64,000 nt of DNA from Candidatus Avimonas intestinalis (GCA_904380375.1 CAJFID010000006.1:1330-65329), one strand, 5' to 3'; counted from the first letter of the stretch, positions 46,569-56,193 are shown. The notes: generated from the letters alone by a model not told the origin. Numbers and translations: made by a program.

Positions 46569-48362
46569 ATGAGAGAGGAGTATCCCCGCCCGCAGTTTGT
46601 GCGGGAGCAATATATGACGCTCAACGGAGCGTGGGACTTTGCCTTTGACGACCAAGGGCTGTCCCTGCGGGAGCAGTGGTTCCGCCCGGGCAAGGCGCTG
46701 GACAGGACCATTGAGGTCCCGTTTGTGTATGAGTGCCCGCTTTCCGGGCTTGGCTGCCCCGGTGAGAGGCACGACACGGTTTTTTATAAGCGCCGCTTTA
46801 CCCTGCCGCCCGCCTGGGCGGGGCAGCGGGTCCTGCTGCATTTCGGCGCGGTCGATTACCGCGCGCGGGTATATCTCAACGGCGTTTACCTCGGCGGTCA
46901 CGAAGGCGGGCACGCCCCCTTTTCCTTTGACATTACCGACAGCCTGACCGACGGCGAGCAGGAGCTGTCCGTCTGGGCCAACGACCCCCTTGAGGACGAA
47001 TCCATCCCCCGGGGCAAGCAGTATTGGAAGCTGCAAAGCCGCGGGATCTGGTATACGCGGTCTACCGGCATCTGGCAGCCGGTATGGCTGGAGCCGGTGC
47101 CGGAGGTGCGCGTGGATTCGGTGCGCTTTACGCCGGAAGTCGACGCCGGGCGGGTGCGCGTCCAGGCCCGCTTTGCCGGCGACTGGCGGGGTACGGATTT
47201 CTGCCTGCGGCTTTCGCTGCGGGGGGAGGAGCTGCTGCGGGAGACGGTCCGGGTATCCGGGGAGACGGTGGAGATCACCGCCTCCTTGGTGCAGAACCAG
47301 ATTTTCCATACCAACGCGCACGACGCGGGCCTGCTCTGGTCCCCCGAACATCCCAACCTGATTGACGCCTCGCTCTCCCTTGTCCGGGAGGGGGAGACGC
47401 TGGACCGGGTGTCCAGCTACTTCGGTATGCGCAAGATCCATACCGAAAACGGGATGGTGATGCTGAACAACCGGCCGTATTATATGAAGCTGGTGCTCGA
47501 CCAGGGGTATTGGCCGGAAAGCCTGATGACCGCCCCCTCCGACCAAGCGTTCCGTACCGACATCGAGCTGGCCAAGAAGATGGGCTTCAACGGCTGCCGC
47601 AAGCATCAGAAGGCGGAGGATCCCCGCTTCCTATACTGGGCGGACCGGCTGGGCTATCTGGTCTGGGGGGAGATGGCGGCGGCCTGCGTATACAGCGAGA
47701 CTGCCGCGGCGCGCACCGCCCGGGAATGGATAGAATTGGTGGAGCGGGATTACAACCATCCCAGCCTCTGCGTCTGGGTGCCGCTCAACGAGAGCTGGGG
47801 CGTCCCGGATATTGCCCGCGACCCGCAGCAGCAGGCGCACAGCCTCGCTATGTATTACCTGCTCAAGAGCCTGGATACCACCCGGCTTGTTGTCAGCAAC
47901 GACGGCTGGGAGATGACCCGGACGGATATCTGCGCGATCCACAATTACACCCATGGAACGACGGCGGAGACAGAGAAGTACGAGCATTTCTGCCGCTCGG
48001 TCGGGCAAAGGGAGGACATCCTTCGGGACGTCCCCGCCGGCCGGCCGGCGTATGCGGACGGGTATGCCTACCGCGGAGAACCCATCCTGATTACCGAGTG
48101 CGGCGGGATCGCCTTTGACGTCAGCCGCCCCGACGGCTGGGGCTACACGATGGCGGCCTCGCCGGAGGATTTCCGGGAGCAGTACCGCCGCGTCATTGCC
48201 GCCATCCTGCGTTCCCCGGCGGTTTTCGGCTTCTGCTATACCCAGTTGACCGATGTGGAGCAGGAGGTCAACGGCCTGCTGAATGCGGACCGCACCCCCA
48301 AATGCCCGCCGGAGGAGATCTGGAAGATCAATGCCTCCTACCGGCCCCGCGGCGTGTATTAG
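46569..48362 (+). CDS. glycoside hydrolase family 2 protein
   Basis: ATG at 46569 behind AAGGAGG. RPQFVRE...LNGAWDF N-terminus, acid/base region NHPSLCVWVPLNESWG and nucleophile region ILITECGG. Confidence 0.85.
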   Translation: MREEYPRPQFVREQYMTLNGAWDFAFDDQGLSLREQWFRPGKALDRTIEVPFVYECPLSGLGCPGERHDTVFYKRRFTLPPAWAGQRVLLHFGAVDYRARVYLNGVYLGGHEGGHAPFSFDITDSLTDGEQELSVWANDPLEDESIPRGKQYWKLQSRGIWYTRSTGIWQPVWLEPVPEVRVDSVRFTPEVDAGRVRVQARFAGDWRGTDFCLRLSLRGEELLRETVRVSGETVEITASLVQNQIFHTNAHDAGLLWSPEHPNLIDASLSLVREGETLDRVSSYFGMRKIHTENGMVMLNNRPYYMKLVLDQGYWPESLMTAPSDQAFRTDIELAKKMGFNGCRKHQKAEDPRFLYWADRLGYLVWGEMAAACVYSETAAARTAREWIELVERDYNHPSLCVWVPLNESWGVPDIARDPQQQAHSLAMYYLLKSLDTTRLVVSNDGWEMTRTDICAIHNYTHGTTAETEKYEHFCRSVGQREDILRDVPAGRPAYADGYAYRGEPILITECGGIAFDVSRPDGWGYTMAASPEDFREQYRRVIAAILRSPAVFGFCYTQLTDVEQEVNGLLNADRTPKCPPEEIWKINASYRPRGVY

Positions 48363-48550
48363 GGCCTTGCGTGCGGCGGCCGTCCCTTCACCCGGCGGGA
48401 AACCGGCCGGCGGAGGGACGCAGAAGCAGCAGATGCCTATAGAAGCAGGCAGAAACGGCCCGAAGGCCGCGGAAACGAATAGCAGCGGAGGAAGGGCATA
48501 AGGCGCGCAGAGAGCACAGGGAACACAAGGAACACAAGGAACGGGAAAAA

Positions 48551-48590
48551 GCGTCTAGATTAACGATAAGGTTATCGTTAATCTAGACGC
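48551..48590. promoter_or_regulatory. perfect 40-bp palindrome containing 30-bp element copy B (TAGATTAACGATAAGGTTATCGTTAATCTA)
   Basis: 19-bp arms GCGTCTAGATTAACGATAA / TTATCGTTAATCTAGACGC around a central GG. The core 48556-48585 is 27/30 identical to 21339-21368. It lies between GH2 and the Asp-box paralogues. Confidence 0.5.
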
Positions 48591-48812
48591 CCGGCCGATG
48601 CGACGCGCCGAAGATCCGGGCCGCGATCAAAAGCCGCGGCTGTTTGGCGGGTGCCGCCGGCGGACGGCGTTTCCCATCCCTGTCGATTCCGCGGGACGTC
48701 CTCCGCCTTTGAAGAAGGGGTGACGCTCCCGGACATATGAGCGATGGAAAGCGCCTCTGCGGGGAAATAAACTCCATGGGAGAAAATTCGACAGAAAGAA
48801 GGGGTGTGCCGT

Positions 48813-50633
48813 ATGGCGCCGGCTCTTTGCCCGGGGACGCTCACCGCGCGTTCCCGCCAAACCAAGAAACAGCCGACCGAGGTGGAGATTACCGCGATTG
48901 ACCGGCTGAACGATGGGAATGCGGTGGTCAACGACCACGCGGGTGACTGGGAAACCAGCCGCCTGGAGCCCAATTACCGCCAATATACCGAGATAGGTCC
49001 CGACATACTGCGGATCGGCAACGCCACCTATCCCCGGATTAAAAAGACGGCGGAGGATCGCTACCTCCTCTTTTACCAGGATGGGCAGATCGGCTGGAAT
49101 ATTTATTATTCCCTCAGCCGGGACCTGGTCGCATGGGAGCCGGGGCGAAAGCTGTTTGAGTCCGTCGGGATTGAGGTGGACGGGCAGGAGGACGACCGCT
49201 GCTATTCCACCTGCGATGCTGCGGTTCTGGACAACGGGGACGTGCTGGCGGTCGCCTCTTTCCGCTCCAATAAGCATTTCCGCTCCGACAACCGGTACAA
49301 TGGGCTGGCCATGAAAAGGAGCGCGGACGGCGGCAGGACCTGGAGCGCGGAAAAAGTGATTTATACGGGCTCTAACTGGGAGCCGTCCCTGCTCCAACTG
49401 CCGGATGGGGAGATCCAGGTGTATTTTACCCATTCCGCCCCCAAGAACCAGCCGCAGATTGAGGCGGGCGTTCCGGTCAGCCGGATCGTGGCGTCCTCCG
49501 GCACGGCGATGATCCGTTCCAGGGATTATGGCGAGACGTGGGAGCCCCACGTCACCAAGCCGCCCTATGCGGCCTGGCGGGTGAGCCAGCAGTATACCCA
49601 TACCCAAGACGGCATCAAGGTGTTCACCGACCAAATGCCGGTGGCGATCCGGCTGAACAACAGCCCCACGACCGCCCTGGCCGCGGAATCCAAATTCCTC
49701 CGGGATGGGCGGGAGACCTTTTTTGTCACCCTGGCATACAGCGATGACAACTGGGCCAGGGCCCTGGGCCTAGACGAGGCCGGCCCCGCCGACAAGCAGG
49801 AAAACCTGTTCGCAGGGGCGGCGCCGTATATCCGGCAGTTCCCGTCCGGGGAGACGGTTTTGGCCAGCAACCGGGGATCGGTATTCCAGATGCGGCTGGG
49901 AGACGCCGGGGCGCGGCATTTCCATGACCCGATTCAGCCGCTGGCGGGCGCCGGCTACTGGGGGGCCTTGGAGCTGGTGCGCTCCCATACCATGCTGGGG
50001 ACCATGGCCAACGTGCGAAGGGTTGACGGCGTTTTCCAAAACCGTATTATGGTCAGTCAAAGCTACTTAAACCACCGCATTACCGTGCCGTTTGCGGCCA
50101 TCGCCGTGGACGGGAACAACGCCGAGTGGGAGGGCTGCACCGACGCGCTGTTCGTGGGAAGCGACTCCCAAGCCCAAACGGCGGTGCGGCCCGCACAGGA
50201 TGCGGAAAACCTGTATTTCCTGATTGAGACGCTGGACGACACCCTGATGCCGCAGGACGCCGTGGAGATTTATCTTCAGGGCGGCGGCCCTGGCGTGCTG
50301 GGTGCGCATACCCTGCGGGTCCGGGTGGGGCCGTCCGGCCCGGCGGAGGTCGCCCGATACGACGGCAAGGGTTTTTCCCTCGTGCCGGAGCGGGAGCTTA
50401 GGGGAGTCCGTGCGGCGGTTACGGTCCAGGGGACCGTCGGGGACTGTACGGACAAGGACACCGGCTACCTGGCGGAGCTGGCGATTCCCCGCCGCCTCCT
50501 GGGAGGCGGCGACCGGCTGCGCTGCCACATCATCCTCAGGAACCAGGAGGCGGATGGGCGGATAGTGGTCGACCAATGGGACGATACGCATCACAGCGAC
50601 CCCAGCAGCTGGATACCGCTGGTGCTCGCATGA
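48813..50633 (+). CDS. BNR/Asp-box (sialidase-fold) protein with C-terminal CBM9-like domain, no signal peptide
   Basis: Asp-boxes SADGGRTWS and SRDYGETWE. C-terminal IAVDGNNAEWEGCTDALFVG resembles CBM9/DOMON-type modules. An in-frame stop at 48768 excludes any upstream signal peptide. Confidence 0.72.
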   Translation: MAPALCPGTLTARSRQTKKQPTEVEITAIDRLNDGNAVVNDHAGDWETSRLEPNYRQYTEIGPDILRIGNATYPRIKKTAEDRYLLFYQDGQIGWNIYYSLSRDLVAWEPGRKLFESVGIEVDGQEDDRCYSTCDAAVLDNGDVLAVASFRSNKHFRSDNRYNGLAMKRSADGGRTWSAEKVIYTGSNWEPSLLQLPDGEIQVYFTHSAPKNQPQIEAGVPVSRIVASSGTAMIRSRDYGETWEPHVTKPPYAAWRVSQQYTHTQDGIKVFTDQMPVAIRLNNSPTTALAAESKFLRDGRETFFVTLAYSDDNWARALGLDEAGPADKQENLFAGAAPYIRQFPSGETVLASNRGSVFQMRLGDAGARHFHDPIQPLAGAGYWGALELVRSHTMLGTMANVRRVDGVFQNRIMVSQSYLNHRITVPFAAIAVDGNNAEWEGCTDALFVGSDSQAQTAVRPAQDAENLYFLIETLDDTLMPQDAVEIYLQGGGPGVLGAHTLRVRVGPSGPAEVARYDGKGFSLVPERELRGVRAAVTVQGTVGDCTDKDTGYLAELAIPRRLLGGGDRLRCHIILRNQEADGRIVVDQWDDTHHSDPSSWIPLVLA

Positions 50634-50649
50634 AAGGAAGGGATACGTT

Positions 50650-52482
50650 ATGAAAAAACGACTGGCCTGCGGCGCGGCGGCGCTTGTTGCCGCCGCCCTG
50701 CTGACCTCCTGCGCAAAGGAACCGGCCGACCCGGCATCGCTCGCCATTACATCAATCCAGAAGCTGAACGCCGCCGAACCGGTTGTCAACGACCATGCCG
50801 AAGACTGGCAGTACAGCCAGCTGGAGCCGAATTTCCGCGAGTATGTGGAATTGCAGGAAAGCGTCCTGAAAACCAACGTCGCCAATTATCCCCGGATTAA
50901 GAAGGTGACGGACGACCGCTACCTGCTGTTTTATCAGGATGCGCAGACGGCCAAAAACATTTATTATACCTCAAGCACCGATCTTCAGGAATGGGAATTC
51001 GGCAAAAAGCTGTTTAGCTCGCGCAACATCACGGTCAACGGGGAAAACGATACGCTATGCTTTTCGACCTGTGACGCCCTGGTGCTTCAAAACGGGGATA
51101 TTATGGCGATCGCCTCCTTCCGGTCGGGCCGGAACTTCCGCCGGACCAACGAATACAACGGCCTGATGATGCGCATCAGCTCGGACGGCGGGGAGACCTG
51201 GGGAGAGGAACAGATCATTTATAAGGGCTCGAATTGGGAGCCGCAGATCCTACAGCTTCCCTCAAGGGAAATCCAGGTTTATTTCACCCACGGCGGGCCT
51301 AAAATCCAGCCCCAGATGGAAGCAGGCATCCCCACCTCCGAAATGGTGCCGTCCTCCGGGACAGCCATCATCCGCTCCTATGACAACGGGCAGACCTGGG
51401 ATCCCTACGTTATGGAGCCGCCCTACGCGGCCTGGCGGGTGAGCCAGCAGTACACCCATACCAAAAACGGCATCAAGGTGTTCACCGACCAGATGCCCTG
51501 CGCCATCCTTTTGAACAATACGAATACCATCGCCTTGGCGACCGAATCCAAGTTTTTGGAAGGCAACGAGGAGGTCTATTACATCACCATGGCGTACAGC
51601 GACGACAACTGGGCGCAGGAGCTGGGCATTGACGAGGAGGGACCCGCCGACAAGCAGGAGAACATGTATTTGGGAGCGGCCCCCTATTTGAAGCAGTTCC
51701 CCTCCGGGGAAACGATCCTTTCCAATAACCGGCAGTCCAAATTCCAGATCCGCTTGGGGGATTCCCTGGCCAGGGAATTCGGGGATCCGATCAACCCGCT
51801 GGCCGGCACCGGCTACTGGGGTTCACTGGAGGTGATCCGTTCCCACACGGTCGTGGGCACCATGGCCTATGCGCGCAAGCTGGGCGACAAAAACCAGAAC
51901 CGGATCATGATCAGCCAAAACTACCTGAACCACCGGATTGACGTGCCGGAGGCGGAGATTGCCATTGACGGCAGCAATACGGAATGGGCGGCGTATACCG
52001 ACGCGCTCTTTGTGGGGAGCGATTCCCAGGCGCAGGTATCGGTCCGGCCCGTGCAGGACGAAGAGAACGTCTCCTTCCTGCTGGAGGTGCTGGACAGCGA
52101 CCTCAACCAAGGGGATGCGGTCGAGCTGTATCTTTCGGCCGGGGAGGGCGAAACGCTGGACGAGACGTCCTTCCGCCTGACGGTGGAGCCGGACGGGACG
52201 GTGGAAACGGCCCGCTTTGACGGGACGGATTTTGCAGCGGTCGAGGACGCTGCGGTAAAATCGGCCGTGACCCTTCAGGGGACCGTGGGGGACGGCGGCG
52301 AGGATACCGGCTACCTGGCGGAGGTGTCGATCCCGCGGTCCCTGCTCGGCGCAGACGGCGGGACGCTGCGCTGCCATATCGTCCTGCACAACCAGGACAC
52401 GGGTGCGGTTCCGGTAGAGGATAAGCTGGGGGAATCCCGGTGGAATGTGCCCGGCGAGTGGATGCCGCTCGCACTGGGATAG
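50650..52482 (+). CDS. BNR/Asp-box (sialidase-fold) lipoprotein with C-terminal CBM9-like domain
   Basis: Lipobox MKKRLACGAAALVAAALLTSC. Asp-boxes SSDGGETWG and SYDNGQTWD. Collinear paralogue of 48813-50633. Confidence 0.78.
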   Translation: MKKRLACGAAALVAAALLTSCAKEPADPASLAITSIQKLNAAEPVVNDHAEDWQYSQLEPNFREYVELQESVLKTNVANYPRIKKVTDDRYLLFYQDAQTAKNIYYTSSTDLQEWEFGKKLFSSRNITVNGENDTLCFSTCDALVLQNGDIMAIASFRSGRNFRRTNEYNGLMMRISSDGGETWGEEQIIYKGSNWEPQILQLPSREIQVYFTHGGPKIQPQMEAGIPTSEMVPSSGTAIIRSYDNGQTWDPYVMEPPYAAWRVSQQYTHTKNGIKVFTDQMPCAILLNNTNTIALATESKFLEGNEEVYYITMAYSDDNWAQELGIDEEGPADKQENMYLGAAPYLKQFPSGETILSNNRQSKFQIRLGDSLAREFGDPINPLAGTGYWGSLEVIRSHTVVGTMAYARKLGDKNQNRIMISQNYLNHRIDVPEAEIAIDGSNTEWAAYTDALFVGSDSQAQVSVRPVQDEENVSFLLEVLDSDLNQGDAVELYLSAGEGETLDETSFRLTVEPDGTVETARFDGTDFAAVEDAAVKSAVTLQGTVGDGGEDTGYLAEVSIPRSLLGADGGTLRCHIVLHNQDTGAVPVEDKLGESRWNVPGEWMPLALG

Positions 52483-52506
52483 GAAGGATAAGCCGGATAC
52501 AGGAAA

Positions 52507-52539
52507 GCGCGGGGGAACCGATATACGGTTCCCCCGCGC
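52507..52539. terminator. intrinsic terminator between convergent genes
   Basis: 14-bp stem GCGCGGGGGAACCG / CGGTTCCCCCGCGC with a 5-nt loop and a T-rich tail GTATTCTTGT. Confidence 0.7.
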
Positions 52540-52593
52540 GTATTCTTGTATGGGATTGCCAAGGGCTTCGGCGGAAAGCGCCGCCTCAGGCGG

Positions 52594-53745
52594 CTACCGC
52601 TTGAGCCAGACCGTCTGGTTGACGATTTTGGTATAGCTTTGGATCAGCTTGACCACCTTGACCGAGACGTTGGTGTCGGCATAGTCTTCGGCCATCACGG
52701 TTTCTTCCCCGTTTTCCCGCATCGCGGCCGCCAGCTCCACCGCCTGCAGCACGTCCTCGCCCCGGATGCCGCCGATGACGACGGTGCCCTTGTCGAGAAC
52801 CTCCGGCCGTTCGGTTGAAGTGCGGATGAGCACCCCGGTGAAACCCAGCATCGCGGATTCCTCCGACAGGGTGCCGCTGTCCGACAGGACGCAGTAGCTG
52901 TTCATCTGCAGGTGGTTGTAATCAAAAAAGCCGAAGGGCTTAAGGTTCTGCACCAGCGGGTGGAAGCGGAAGCCCCGCGCCTCAATGAATTTCATAGAGC
53001 GGGGGTGGGTGGAGTAGATCACCGGCATCCGGTAGTTTTCGGCGATCCGGTTGATCGCGTTCATCAGATCCAGGAAGTTGTCCTCGTTGTCGATGTTTTC
53101 CTCCCGGTGGGCGGATACCAGGAAATACTTCCCCTTCTCCAGCCCGAGCCGCTCCAGCACATCGCTCTGCTCAATCCGTGCCCGGTGGGTGCGCAGCACC
53201 TCCCGCATCGGGGAACCGGTGACGAAGATCGTTTTGCCGTCAATCCCTTCCGACAGGAGGTAGCGGCGGGAATGCTCGGTATAGGGCAGGTTGATGTCCG
53301 AAATGTGGTCGACGATCTTGCGGTTGATCATCTCGGATACGTTCCAGTCCCAGCAGCGGTTGCCCGCCTCCATGTGGAAGATCGGGATCTTCAGCCGCTT
53401 GGCGGAAATGGCGGAGAGGGCGGAGTTGGTATCCCCCAGGATCAGCACCGCGTCCGGCCGCTCCTTTTGCATCACCTGGTACGACTTGGCGAGGATGTTG
53501 CCCATCGTTTCTCCCAGGTCGGCCCCCACGCTGTCCAGGTAGTAATCCGGCGCGCGCAGCCCCAGGTCGTCGAAAAACACCTGGTTCAGGGTGTAATCCC
53601 AGTTTTGGCCGGTATGTACCAGGAGATGGTCAAAATACCGGTCACAGGCCCGGATGCAGGCCGACAGGCGGATGATCTCCGGCCGGGTGCCCAGGATGGT
53701 CATCACTTTCAGCTTTTTGACGGTTTCGGCTGCTTGTACGCTCAT
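52594..53745 (-). CDS. fnlC: UDP-N-acetylglucosamine 2-epimerase family (FnlC/CapG-like)
   Basis: 383 aa. Motifs ILGTRPEIIRL, LGDTNSALSA and HMEAGNRCWD. Lies downstream of CapE/CapF homologues. Confidence 0.82.
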   Translation of the reverse strand: MSVQAAETVKKLKVMTILGTRPEIIRLSACIRACDRYFDHLLVHTGQNWDYTLNQVFFDDLGLRAPDYYLDSVGADLGETMGNILAKSYQVMQKERPDAVLILGDTNSALSAISAKRLKIPIFHMEAGNRCWDWNVSEMINRKIVDHISDINLPYTEHSRRYLLSEGIDGKTIFVTGSPMREVLRTHRARIEQSDVLERLGLEKGKYFLVSAHREENIDNEDNFLDLMNAINRIAENYRMPVIYSTHPRSMKFIEARGFRFHPLVQNLKPFGFFDYNHLQMNSYCVLSDSGTLSEESAMLGFTGVLIRTSTERPEVLDKGTVVIGGIRGEDVLQAVELAAAMRENGEETVMAEDYADTNVSVKVVKLIQSYTKIVNQTVWLKR

Positions 53746-53781
53746 AGGCGCCGCCTTTCCCCGCGGGCGGGCAAAGCCCGG

Positions 53782-54912
53782 TTACGCGGACGGGTTTTCC
53801 TGCCGGACAGGCAGGGGGTAGGTGTCCGGATGATCAGGGTCAAAGGGCTCGTTGGCCCACATAAAGGTGATCAGGTCGGTATCCCCCACGTTTTCAATGC
53901 TGTGGGTGTAGCCGGTCGGGATATCAACCACCGTGAAATGCTCCCCGTCCACCGGGTATTCTATCACCTGGTCGGAGTCGATGCGGCGGAAGCGGATGAC
54001 CGCTTTGCCGCTGACCACCAGGAATTTTTCGTTTTTGCTGTGGTGCCAATGGTTGCCCTTGGTGATCCCCGGCTTGGCCACGTTGACCGAAAACTGCCCC
54101 CGGTCGGCGGTGCGCAGGATTTCGGTAAAGGAGCCCCGCGCGTCCTGGTTCTGCTTGAGGGAGTAGGCAAAGCCGTCCTCCGGCAGATAGCTCAGGTAGG
54201 TGCTGTACAGCTTCTTGGTCAGCGGGTCGCCCATGTCCGGCACCGCCAGGGTTTTCCGGCTCTCGGCAAAGGAGCGCAGGATCTCGGCAATTTCCCCCAG
54301 CGTGGCGGTGTGGGTCACCGGGACGGTGCAGAAATCCCCCTCCCGGGTTTCCTGCCCCTGCAGCGCACGGATCAGCTCCGCTACCAGGTCGTCAATATAC
54401 ACCAGCCGGAGGGAGACGGCCGGGTCGTTGACCGTGATGGGCAGGCCGCGGGCGATGTTGTGGCAGAAGGTGGCGACCACGCTGTTGTAGTTCGGCCGGC
54501 ACCATTTGCCGAAAACGTTGGGGAACCGGTAGATCAGCACATCGGCCCCCGTCTCCCGGCCATAGGCGGCCAGCAGCTCCTCCCCGGCCCGCTTGCTGCG
54601 GCCGTAGGGGTTGTCCTGCGCGGCCTGGATCGAAGAGGCCAGCATGACCGGGCAGGGATTCCGGCGCCGGCGCAGCGCGGCCAGCAGGTCGGCGGTAAAG
54701 CCGGCGTTGCCGGTCATGAATTCCGCTTCGTTCTGCGGGCGGTTTACCCCGGCCAGATGGAAGACGAAATCGCAGCCGGCGGCCCACTCGTTTAACCGGG
54801 CGGGGTCGGTGTCCACATCGTAGGCGCGCAGGTCGTCGTATCCGCGGTTATGCAGCTCGGCGATCAGGTTGCGGCCGATAAAGCCGTTGGCGCCGGTAAT
54901 CAGGATCTGCAT
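53782..54912 (-). CDS. fnlB: CapF/FnlB-like bifunctional reductase/epimerase (SDR domain + C-terminal cupin)
   Basis: 376 aa. ILITGANGFIGRNL at the N-terminus. The cupin segment ITKGNHWHHSKNEKFLVVSG is highly characteristic of CapF. Confidence 0.85.
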   Translation of the reverse strand: MQILITGANGFIGRNLIAELHNRGYDDLRAYDVDTDPARLNEWAAGCDFVFHLAGVNRPQNEAEFMTGNAGFTADLLAALRRRRNPCPVMLASSIQAAQDNPYGRSKRAGEELLAAYGRETGADVLIYRFPNVFGKWCRPNYNSVVATFCHNIARGLPITVNDPAVSLRLVYIDDLVAELIRALQGQETREGDFCTVPVTHTATLGEIAEILRSFAESRKTLAVPDMGDPLTKKLYSTYLSYLPEDGFAYSLKQNQDARGSFTEILRTADRGQFSVNVAKPGITKGNHWHHSKNEKFLVVSGKAVIRFRRIDSDQVIEYPVDGEHFTVVDIPTGYTHSIENVGDTDLITFMWANEPFDPDHPDTYPLPVRQENPSA

Positions 54913-54933
54913 GATGGCTCCGCCTTTCCGCGC

Positions 54934-55965
54934 TTACCGCTGGGCGTCCCAGAGGGCCAGCTCGTTCTGGATGTATTCTAGGGAGAGCAGCTTTTCCTTG
55001 ACTTCCTCCACGGTTAAGAGCTCGGTGTTGTTGGAATCGAATTCCTTCAAAAGCAGGTGCGGCTGCGTCCCGTTGACGAAATACTTGTCATAGTTCAGGT
55101 CCCGTTTGTCCGCCGGCACGCGGTAGAAATTCCCGAGGTCAATCGCGCTGGCGCATTCCTCGTTGGTCAGCAGGGTTTCAAACATCTTTTCCCCGTGCCG
55201 GATGCCGATGACCTTGGTCGGGTGGTTTTCCGCGTGGAAAATCTGCTTAACCGCGTCCGCCAGCACCTGGATGGTGCAGGAAGGGGCCTTCTGCACCAGG
55301 ATATCCCCGCTTTCGGCATGCTCAAACGCGAAGAGGACCAGCTCGACCGCTTCCTCAAGGCTCATGATAAAGCGGGTCATGGCCGGCTCGGTGATGGTGA
55401 TCGGCTTGCCGCTCTTGATCTGCTCAATGAACAGCGGGATGACCGAGCCGCGGGAGCACAGCACGTTGCCGTACCGGGTGCCGCAGATCAGGGTTTTCTC
55501 CGGGGAAACGGTGCGGGCCTTGGCCACGAACACCTTTTCCATCATCGCCTTTGAGGTCCCCATGGCGTTGACGGGGTAGGCGGCCTTGTCGGTGGACAGG
55601 CAGATGATCTTGCGCACGCCGGCGTCAATCGCCGCGTTGAGCACGTTTTCGGTGCCCAGCACGTTGGTCTTGACCGCCTCTATCGGGAAAAATTCGCAGG
55701 AGGGAACCTGCTTGAGGGCCGCCGCGTGAAAGACGTAATCCACCCCGTGCATCGCGTTGCGGATGCTGTCCTGGTCGCGGACGTTGCCGATGTAGTATTT
55801 GATCTTTTCGTCGTGGTAGATGTGGCGCATGTCGTCCTGCTTCTTTTCGTCGCGCGAAAAGATGCGGATTTCGCCGATATCGGTCTGCAAAAAGCGTTCG
55901 AGCACCGCGTTGCCGAACGAGCCGGTCCCTCCGGTAATCAGCAGGGTTTTTCCAGTAAACAGCAT
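54934..55965 (-). CDS. fnlA: UDP-N-acetylglucosamine 4,6-dehydratase/5-epimerase (CapE/FnlA-like)
   Basis: 343 aa from the ATG at 55965 behind GAGGAGGAA. Motifs LITGGTGSFGNAV and YGNVLCSRGSVIP. Confidence 0.85.
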   Translation of the reverse strand: MLFTGKTLLITGGTGSFGNAVLERFLQTDIGEIRIFSRDEKKQDDMRHIYHDEKIKYYIGNVRDQDSIRNAMHGVDYVFHAAALKQVPSCEFFPIEAVKTNVLGTENVLNAAIDAGVRKIICLSTDKAAYPVNAMGTSKAMMEKVFVAKARTVSPEKTLICGTRYGNVLCSRGSVIPLFIEQIKSGKPITITEPAMTRFIMSLEEAVELVLFAFEHAESGDILVQKAPSCTIQVLADAVKQIFHAENHPTKVIGIRHGEKMFETLLTNEECASAIDLGNFYRVPADKRDLNYDKYFVNGTQPHLLLKEFDSNNTELLTVEEVKEKLLSLEYIQNELALWDAQR

Positions 55966-56137
55966 ATGCGTTTCCTCCTCAGCGTCTCCGGCGATGCGGC
56001 TTGTCCGAAATTGCCGCCGGGACGGCCGGTATTTTGCTCTGTCCCGCCACCTTAGCCCGGATGCCTGGGCCAAGGTGGGGATTCCGTATAGGTATGTATT
56101 CATTGTAACCGTGGGGGCAAGGGGAAATACGCCCTTT

Positions 56138-56166
56138 ATTATACGGCGTGCCGGATTTTTTTGCAA
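56138..56166 (-). promoter_or_regulatory. putative sigma-A promoter for fnlABC (TTGCAA-17 nt-TATAAT)
   Basis: Minus-strand -35 at 56161-56166 and -10 at 56138-56143. Implies a ~165-nt leader. Confidence 0.55.
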
Positions 56167-56193
56167 CGCTTGGTTCCGCGCGGCAGACCGACA

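Noticed and set aside
45597-47606. 669-aa minus-strand ORF opposite the LacI and GH2 genes
   Set aside because: It is an antisense shadow with low-complexity G/P/R/Q-rich text. The plus strand encodes a clear LacI HTH and GH2 catalytic motifs.
48520-48542. Short tandem repeat GGAACACAA x2.5
   Set aside because: It is too short and has too few copies to be a CRISPR array or a meaningful satellite. It is noted only as context for the neighbouring palindrome.
52912-54795. 627-aa plus-strand ORF opposite fnlC/fnlB
   Set aside because: It is an antisense shadow. The minus-strand products match the 2-epimerase and CapF signatures (KGNHWHH cupin).
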